Virus record (IMG/VR): IMGVR_UViG_3300021387_001464
Span: 47,679 to 111,678 of that record
Source: a virus
Lineage: Duplodnaviria > Caudoviricetes
Length of the DNA: 64,000 nucleotides
Direction: 5' to 3' (one strand)
The translations under genes and the position numbers were made by a program. Positions 57,984 through 64,000 of the stretch are shown here, one piece after another. A model generated the notes under the pieces. The model did no database searches. It was not told the DNA's origin and was given only the letters and a program-made list of their open reading frames with translations. Each line of letters starts with the position of its first letter. The stretch's first letter is position 1.

Positions 57984-58002
57984 AGTCTTTATTCGTTTTT
58001 AT

Positions 58003-58135
58003 ATTGTCAAGTGACTTTTTCCCGATTGTCACAGTGACTCTTTCGAGATTGTCACGTGACGATGCTTTTTCAGCCCCTACTACTTGAGCCATCGTTAAAG
58101 TTAACTTAAAGCATCGTTAAAGTTAACTTTAAGCA
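58003..58135. repeat. two sets of 22-bp-spaced palindromic repeats
   Basis: ATTGTCA..GTGAC at 58003/58025/58048; CATCGTTAAAGTTAACTT at 58090/58112. Confidence 0.75.
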
Positions 58136-58200
58136 ACCTTCAAGTACCCCCTGCCGTTTTCAGCCCTTTTTCCGACCACGGATTTCACGGATTGCACGGA

Positions 58201-58407
58201 TTATCGTTTGCGGCGGCGCTGCATGAGAGCGATGCCGTACTCCTTGGGTGATGTGTATTCCTTGATGCGTCGCCGCTTTTCTATCTCTCGGTCGATGCAC
58301 GCTGCTGGCTCAATGCCGTACTCGCTTTTCATCACCTGCGACAACTCGTTGACCTCCTTTGCCGTGAGCCTGCAAAGTTCTTCCGATACTTCCTGAATGT
58401 TTGCCAT
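58201..58407 (-). CDS. ribosomal protein bL12 (L7/L12) N-terminal-domain homologue with a novel basic tail
   Basis: MANIQEVSEELCRLTAKEVNELSQVMKSEYGIEPAA matches the Bacteroidetes bL12 N-terminus (..LTVKEVNELA..LKEEYGIEPAAA, recalled from memory). Confidence 0.75.
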   Translation of the reverse strand: MANIQEVSEELCRLTAKEVNELSQVMKSEYGIEPAACIDREIEKRRRIKEYTSPKEYGIALMQRRRKR

Positions 58408-58411
58408 TACG

Positions 58412-58696
58412 TCAGTCCTTTAATAATTCATTCGTCTTTTGGATAATCTCTTCCACGACCTCGTAGGTCGGTGCGCCTTGTCCGCAGACGATAAAGCCCA
58501 TGCGTGGTGCTTCGTCAAAATTCGGGCAGACTGGGCAGTGGCTCCACTTCGGCTTCGGACGCTTGCGGTTCGGCGAGCAGCACCAGCCCTCGCTGATGAC
58601 TACCGGCTGGTCTGGGTTGCTGTTCTGATTCGTCTGCCACGTGTCGCCCATCTCCCAGTTGATGCACTCGCAGCACATCTTCTCACTCTTGCTCAT
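58412..58696 (-). CDS. Cys-rich hypothetical protein
   Basis: CCECINW...GWC...C; AGGCGAT-ATG context. Confidence 0.6.
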   Translation of the reverse strand: MSKSEKMCCECINWEMGDTWQTNQNSNPDQPVVISEGWCCSPNRKRPKPKWSHCPVCPNFDEAPRMGFIVCGQGAPTYEVVEEIIQKTNELLKD

Positions 58697-58773
58697 ATCG
58701 CCTTATTCGTTCAATTCGTGAAATTCTTTCAGTCGCTACGCTTTGTGAAAGCGCTAAAGCGATTACGTGGTCG

Positions 58774-59437
58774 TTAAAAAAGTTCCAGTTGCACGGCCTG
58801 CTGTGCCGTGGGGTGGTTTATCCAGTCGAGCGTGGTCTGTCCGATCCAGCCCTTGCGCCACACCCACCAGGCGTAGCTGACTGCCGAGCCGCCTCCGGCT
58901 ATCATGCCGTCGAAGTCGGCGTTCTTGGCACATAGCACGCGCTCCGAACATTGCAGCACCAGCGCAGGCGGCGTGACACCGAAGATGCGCTGATAGCGCT
59001 CCTTGCCCTCGGCAAACGTGGTCTTCAAGAACAGGCACAGCAGTCCGTCCGTTGGCAGCAGTCGCAGGGCGTGCAGCACGTACTCCGTGGCGTACTTGTA
59101 GGGCGGGTTGGTGACGATGGCCGTGCAGCCCTCGGGCATCTGCTGCTGCTCGAAGAAGTTTACCCCCCCCCATTCCGTAGCCACGGTCTATGAGGTCGGT
59201 GCTTACCACGTGGTAGCCGCGCTGCCGTAACCGCTCGCTCAGACAGCCGCTGCCGCACGACGGTTCCCACACACCCTGCGGCAACTCCACATAGGGGTAG
59301 TCGCACAGCAGGTCGATGGCCACGGGGTCGGTAGCGTAGAAGTCATCCGTCTCGCGCTCCTTCTCCGTGTGGTTCGATGCCCCCAGCGTCTTGAAGATGC
59401 TGTTGCCGTTGCCGTTCCAGTCTTTATTGCTGCTCAT
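58774..59437 (-). CDS. N6-adenine (amino) DNA methyltransferase, frameshifted at a G9 tract (phase OFF; G8 restores frame)
   Basis: 5' frame: DFYATDP, WEPSCGSG, STDLIDRGYG; 3' frame: VNFF...IVTNPPY...YAWWVW; junction at C9, 59163-59171. Confidence 0.85.
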
Positions 59438-59471
59438 TCAATTCGTTTAATTCGTGTAATTCGTAGTCGTG

Positions 59472-59750
59472 CTAAAACCCACCTGTTTCGGTGGTCGGAG
59501 CATTGATGTCTCGGAAGTGGCTGCGCAGTTCGCGGATGGCGGTGTCGATGGCCACGCCTATCTGCTTGGGGGTGTAGCCCATGTCGCTGAAGCCGATGTT
59601 GCCGCGACGGTAGCGCTGCAACTGGTGCAGTATGCGCACTGCCTTGGCACGCTCCGTCTGCTTGCGGTGTATCTCCACCGCCGTTATCTCGTCGCAACTG
59701 TGCAACAGGTCTGCCGCCTGCTGCAAAAGAGTGTTTGCATGTTTCATCAT
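59472..59750 (-). CDS. hypothetical protein
   Basis: YRRG...PKQIGVAIDTAI motif. Confidence 0.6.
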   Translation of the reverse strand: MMKHANTLLQQAADLLHSCDEITAVEIHRKQTERAKAVRILHQLQRYRRGNIGFSDMGYTPKQIGVAIDTAIRELRSHFRDINAPTTETGGF

Positions 59751-60481
59751 TTCTGTTCGTTTTCTACAAAGATGTCCTTTTCCTCTTCCTCTTCGGGAGC
59801 CTGCCATACGCCGTTGATTTCCTCCAGCTCCTGCGTCAGCTCCTTCTCCGTCAGTCCGTACCTCTTGCGCAGCTTCTCGCGCTCCTCGTCAGAAAGGCTC
59901 TGTCTGTCGCTCTTGACCACGCTGACGTCGCCGGTGATGTTGATGTTCGTGTTCGGCATCTGCTCCTGCGGGTCCTCGTCGTCCTTGAAGTCGTTGTTGA
60001 TCTTCGCAAGGTCCTGGTTGGCCTGCTTCACCGCCTGCCATGTGCCCGTCTTACGACCGTACTCCATCATCCACCCGATGTTGCTCTCGAACATCGCCTT
60101 GTGGATGTGCTTCTTCGACACGTTCAGACGACCCACCAGCTGATTCACCAGCCAGATGTCGTTCGACAGGTTCGTCTCCGAGCGCACCGACACAGCCCCC
60201 GTGTCGGGGTTCACGCTGATGCCCAGCGCCTGCATCATCTCCGCCGCCTCCTCGTTGCCCAGTCGGGCATTGTCGGCAAGCGTGCGGTAGTCGCGCCGTG
60301 CAATGTTCTTCACGATGGTGCGCACCGGCACGGCAGGGTTCTCCGTGAACAGCCGGTAGCACTCCAGGCACAGCCGTGCACGGAACTTCTGGTCCAGCGA
60401 CATGTGCATCTTGTCCAGCTCCACCCCGCTCGTGCTCCACCGCACCACCTTATCTACATATCCTTGGGAAAGTTGACTCAT
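59747..60481 (-). CDS. putative terminase small subunit
   Basis: 244 aa, helical, upstream of terL; positional inference. Confidence 0.4.
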   Translation of the reverse strand: MSQLSQGYVDKVVRWSTSGVELDKMHMSLDQKFRARLCLECYRLFTENPAVPVRTIVKNIARRDYRTLADNARLGNEEAAEMMQALGISVNPDTGAVSVRSETNLSNDIWLVNQLVGRLNVSKKHIHKAMFESNIGWMMEYGRKTGTWQAVKQANQDLAKINNDFKDDEDPQEQMPNTNINITGDVSVVKSDRQSLSDEEREKLRKRYGLTEKELTQELEEINGVWQAPEEEEEKDIFVENEQK

Positions 60482-60573
60482 TTTTCTAATTGACTATTGA
60501 ACATTGAAGATTGAGCATTGAACATTGAACATTGAGCATTAAACATTGAACATTGAGCATTGAACATTGAACA

Positions 60574-62115
60574 TTATTTTGCGCCCTGCTCCCGCTTACT
60601 CGCAGTCTTGTCCTCTTGTTTTGTTGATTTCTTGCTTGATTGCTTTGTTGATTGCTTGGCAGCGGCCTTGCTTGTCTTCTTGTGTTTCTTTTCATCGGCA
60701 GCCCCGTCCGCAGGTGTATCTACTCCCCGCCCTGACAGGGAGGGGCTGGGGGTGGGTCTGTTTTCATTCCGCTTGCGATTCTCCTCCTTCGTCTTTTCCA
60801 GCACGGGCAGGTAACTATTGGCCACCTCGTCGCCCGCCAACTGGCGAACGCGCTCTATGCGCTCCGTCATCGTTTTCACCCGCTCGTCGCTGGCAGGCTT
60901 GTCGGTGCGCATGATGTAGCGGTGCAACTGCTGCAGTTCCTCCTTCTTCTCCTGCTCCGCCTTCATCTTAGCCGCATATTCCGGGTTCTCCTGCTCGATG
61001 ATGGTGCGGATGCGCACGTCAATCTCAGGACTCTCCTTCTTCACCTTCTCATAGTAAGGCCGCGTGATATACTGAATCTTCTCTATGTCCACACCCTTGA
61101 AGCGCTTCTTGAAGCCGTCCACGAACGGCACGTCCAGATACAACCGCTTATGCAGCACAGCCAGTTCCTCGTCCACGTCGGCATACGTCGCCAGGTAAGC
61201 CTCGGTAGCCACCTTAGCCTGCTCCGCATACTCCGCTATCTCCTCCTGTTTGCCGCCCATCTCGGCCAGCATTTTCGCCCTTTCACTCGCCGCCTCTGCC
61301 GTCGTGCGCTGGCTCTGCACCAACTTCACCCGCTCCTGCAGCGGCTTCGACATCAGCCACGCCAGTTGGTCCAGGTGCAACTTGTCCTGCGCCATCCGTG
61401 CCTCATACGAGTCGTTCATCAGCTGAGCGCAAGGGCTGACGGTTGATGGCTGAGGGTTGATGTCTGATGGCTGATGTTCCGCAGCCGCCGTGCCGCCGCC
61501 AGCTACTACTCCCGTCGGTTTTCCGGCGGGAAACAGGCTGGGGTTCATCTTTTCCTCCCTTGCCCTTCGTGCCTCGCGCTCCGCTTTCAGCTCCGCATTG
61601 TTCTTCTCGCGCTGTGCTTCGCCGCTGACCACCTCAAGTCCCAGCATACGGGCTATCGTGCGGCGCTTGCGGGTCTCAGGACCGTCGTCTGTAGGTAGCA
61701 CCACCTCGCCGCGCAACCGTGCCGCCGTCTCTTCCTTCGTAGGACGACCACGGCGACGCAAGGGCGCACCAGGCAGTACCACCGCCGTTGCCTTACCCGT
61801 GCTGTCCGTCATCACCAGTCCGTCGGCCAGCGCCTCCTTTACCTTTTCTATATATACAGGCAGACGGTACGCACGGCGGCTATAGTCACCAAAGCGCAGC
61901 GCCTGCTCGCAGAAACTCTGCGCCCACGGCCACGCCCCCAGCAACCCGAACAGCCGCTGCATCATCGTCTGATCGTCGCGTGTCCACACCGCACGGCTGT
62001 CCTTCGCCAGCACCGCGATGCGCTCGCCACCCTTGTTCAACACCTCCGAGAAACCCTGCACCCACTGCAACTGCTCCTCGGCACTCATGTCCTGGTAAAA
62101 TTTCTGTGTTGCCAT
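60574..62115 (-). CDS. hypothetical coiled-coil protein with AT-hook-like RRRGRPT
   Basis: 513 aa. Confidence 0.7.
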   Translation of the reverse strand: MATQKFYQDMSAEEQLQWVQGFSEVLNKGGERIAVLAKDSRAVWTRDDQTMMQRLFGLLGAWPWAQSFCEQALRFGDYSRRAYRLPVYIEKVKEALADGLVMTDSTGKATAVVLPGAPLRRRGRPTKEETAARLRGEVVLPTDDGPETRKRRTIARMLGLEVVSGEAQREKNNAELKAEREARRAREEKMNPSLFPAGKPTGVVAGGGTAAAEHQPSDINPQPSTVSPCAQLMNDSYEARMAQDKLHLDQLAWLMSKPLQERVKLVQSQRTTAEAASERAKMLAEMGGKQEEIAEYAEQAKVATEAYLATYADVDEELAVLHKRLYLDVPFVDGFKKRFKGVDIEKIQYITRPYYEKVKKESPEIDVRIRTIIEQENPEYAAKMKAEQEKKEELQQLHRYIMRTDKPASDERVKTMTERIERVRQLAGDEVANSYLPVLEKTKEENRKRNENRPTPSPSLSGRGVDTPADGAADEKKHKKTSKAAAKQSTKQSSKKSTKQEDKTASKREQGAK

Positions 62116-62148
62116 AATCTATTGCTTTATTATTGTTTTATCTGCGTA

Positions 62149-62182
62149 CAAAATTACAAAAATGCGCCCTGTCGCACGGACA
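62149..62182 (-). promoter_or_regulatory. phage-type promoter TGTCCG-N20-TAATTTTG
   Basis: heads the terminase operon; spacer is 20 nt. Confidence 0.65.
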
Positions 62183-62209
62183 ACTTTTTCAGCCCCTCCC
62201 GCACGGACA

Positions 62210-62244
62210 CAAAAAAGCCCGCAGGTGTTTCCACCCACGGGCTT
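62210..62244 (-). terminator. intrinsic terminator
   Basis: AAAAAAGCCCG...CGGGCTT. Confidence 0.6.
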
Positions 62245-62470
62245 CAATCGTACGTCATCCCTCTTACATCTTACTTCTTACCTCTTACATCATACCTCTT
62301 ACTTCATACATCAGTAGTTAAGAAGTTATGGAAGTTAAGAAGTTAAGCCGATAGCTATACACATGTAATGGTAATGGCTTAACTACTGTCCGAAGGACGA
62401 GCGAAGCTATAACTTCTTTAACTTCTCTAACTTCAGTAATCTTCCATCATCCATCAGACATCAGCCATCT

Positions 62471-63118
62471 TTACTTCTTCCTCTTCACCCCATATCGCCG
62501 CAGCACCTCGTCGTAGCAGCGCGTGAATCCTGCCAGCGAAATCCTCTTCACCACCTGCTCATGTCGCAGCGGGTCGTTCCATCGCACGGCAATCCACTTG
62601 CCAGCCATCATTGCGTCGCGGTCGGCATTGAACACGAACGTCCCAAAGAACGTGTCACCCGCATGCTCCACACCGCCAAACGTCATATTCACCGTGCCGA
62701 AGTCCTCCGTGCTGTCATCCTTTGGCAGCTCCACGCGCCACTCGTAGTCCACCTGTCGGTCAGGAAACTCGCCGTGCCGCTCCGTCACCGCCTCCAGCGT
62801 CTCGTCCATGAACAGCACACCGTCGTACCACTCCAGCACGCCCAGTCTGTTCGACCCGAGAAAGAACGAAGCCGCCAACTGCTGCCTGTCGTCAAAGTAG
62901 CGCATATAGTGTGACTTCTTTCCCGTGTACTCGTCCTCCGTGGTGTATGCCTCCCATCCCTGTTTGTCGCCGTACACCATCTGTGCCTGCATCTGCAAGG
63001 CTGCGAGTAAGCAAGAGCAGACCAAAGCTCGCTTTAGGTTTGCCGAGCGCAAGCAGGCTCGAACGTAGTTCAACACCGTCACTACGGCCATCAAGGCCAA
63101 AACAAACATCTTTTTCAT
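62471..63118 (-). CDS. exported protein whose signal peptide is interrupted by a repeat insert
   Basis: MKKMFVLALMAVV...QAQ; C-terminal ISLAGFT; 67-bp repeat at 62996-63062. Confidence 0.65.
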   Translation of the reverse strand: MKKMFVLALMAVVTVLNYVRACLRSANLKRALVCSCLLAALQMQAQMVYGDKQGWEAYTTEDEYTGKKSHYMRYFDDRQQLAASFFLGSNRLGVLEWYDGVLFMDETLEAVTERHGEFPDRQVDYEWRVELPKDDSTEDFGTVNMTFGGVEHAGDTFFGTFVFNADRDAMMAGKWIAVRWNDPLRHEQVVKRISLAGFTRCYDEVLRRYGVKRKK

Positions 63119-63177
63119 ATCGCCAAAAATTTATAGGGTTAAACAATAAATACTTCATACATCAGCCATCAGACATC

Positions 63178-63564
63178 TTATTTCACGAACCCTAACTTGA
63201 TGGCCTCGTGGCAGTGGGGGCAGATGAACGCTACGTCGGCGGTCAATGCGGACGACGGCTGCTCATTCTCTTTCGGTTGTTCGATAGCCTGCTGTTCAGC
63301 GGTATCTACTCCCCGCCCTAACAGGGAAGGGTCGGGGGAGGGTCTTTGCATTGCGGCCAACAGCTGCTGACGCTCGCCGTCGGTGAGTTCATCCATAAAG
63401 AACTCGGCGATGGGTATTCTGGCCGCCTCGGATATCTGGCGCAGGGTCTTCACCGTCAGGTTGCGGTCTATGGCGCTCTGCAGGGCGCTGGGCTTCATGC
63501 CCATTTCGCGTGACACGTCGCGCAGCTGCATCCCGTGTCGCTCTATCACATCATTGATTTTCAT
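63178..63564 (-). CDS. Cro/CI-type HTH regulator with C-terminal CPHC Zn knuckle
   Basis: GMQLRDVSREMGM...NLTVKTLRQISEA...FF; FICPHCHEAIKL. Confidence 0.8.
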   Translation of the reverse strand: MKINDVIERHGMQLRDVSREMGMKPSALQSAIDRNLTVKTLRQISEAARIPIAEFFMDELTDGERQQLLAAMQRPSPDPSLLGRGVDTAEQQAIEQPKENEQPSSALTADVAFICPHCHEAIKLGFVK

Positions 63565-63607
63565 ACGCTGGTCATTTATTTTAGTCGTTTTATGCTTATT
63601 TATTTGG

Positions 63608-63639
63608 CAAAGGTACAACAAAAGAGCCATATTTGCAAA
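63608..63639 (-). promoter_or_regulatory. host-type Bacteroidetes promoter TTTG-N20-TACCTTTG
   Basis: canonical -33/-7 boxes ahead of the HTH gene. Confidence 0.65.
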
Positions 63640-64000
63640 TATTTTCGCCACTTTTTGCCAAAAACGGCATATTTTTTTGCGCTTTTTAGCCTTTTTTCTT
63701 GCCAAATCAGCCATTATTTTCGCCAAAACTGGCTTTTCCGTGCTTTTTATTCGCTTTTTGTGCCATTTTGCTATTTCTGTTAAAAACGAAAGGCTCGAAA
63801 TGTTAAAACGCACGACTAAACCCCTTAAAATGGGCAAAATAATTGCTTATTTTCAATTATCTGCCGCCTTTCGTGCTTTTTGCCTGTGCCGACCGCCACC
63901 GCTAACTTGCTGAATATCACGTAGTCCGTTCCCGAAACTCAAACCCGATGCCTCTCAAACCAACGCGAGACCGCCGCCACACTGCCGCAGCACCAGCTGC

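Noticed and set aside
58763-59437. Two separate overlapping genes (224 aa and 136 aa)
   Set aside because: They are the two halves of one MTase joined at the G9 tract.
1-64000. Integrase, att sites, IS elements, rRNA, alternative genetic code
   Set aside because: None was recognisable; long genes are intact under the standard code and use all three stop codons.

Overview
A 64-kb segment of a tailed Bacteroidales (Prevotella-like) phage or prophage. No integrase, portal or endolysin is recognisable in the window. The + strand (1-47.7 kb) carries, in order: replication genes (initiator-like protein, DnaC-like ATPase, beta clamp, SSB-like protein), many small accessory genes (radical SAM, DUF4406, DUF4494, DUF2829/Tad2-like, HU-like, HNH), a DNA-methylation locus, tail genes with a tape measure, a complete diversity-generating retroelement (2333-aa target with VR, hairpin, Avd-like gene, TR, RT), a Cys-rich operon and a holin. 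The - strand (47.8-64 kb) carries the terminase, S49 protease/scaffold, major capsid, a tail-tube-like gene, a frameshifted amino-MTase, a bL12-N-terminal-domain protein and an HTH regulator. The most unusual feature is at 12.9-17.0 kb. A circularly permuted C5 cytosine methyltransferase (motif order IX-X-I...VIII) has essentially no target-recognition region of its own. It is flanked by 15 overlapping mini-ORFs (about 41-97 aa), most resembling MTase variable-region (TRD) repeats and all ending in an (I/V)LIEYE-like strand. Eleven of them carry G7-G10 or C9 tracts, and seven are currently out of frame. This suggests a modular, phase-variable, multi-specificity methylation system whose specificity subunits are supplied in trans (inference). 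Other recurring signals: a phage-type promoter TGTCCG-N21-TAnnTTTG, inverted 9-mer triplets bracketing accessory genes, in-frame heptamer and REP-like insertions, and several candidate structured RNAs. All family assignments come from motif recognition by eye, not database searches.
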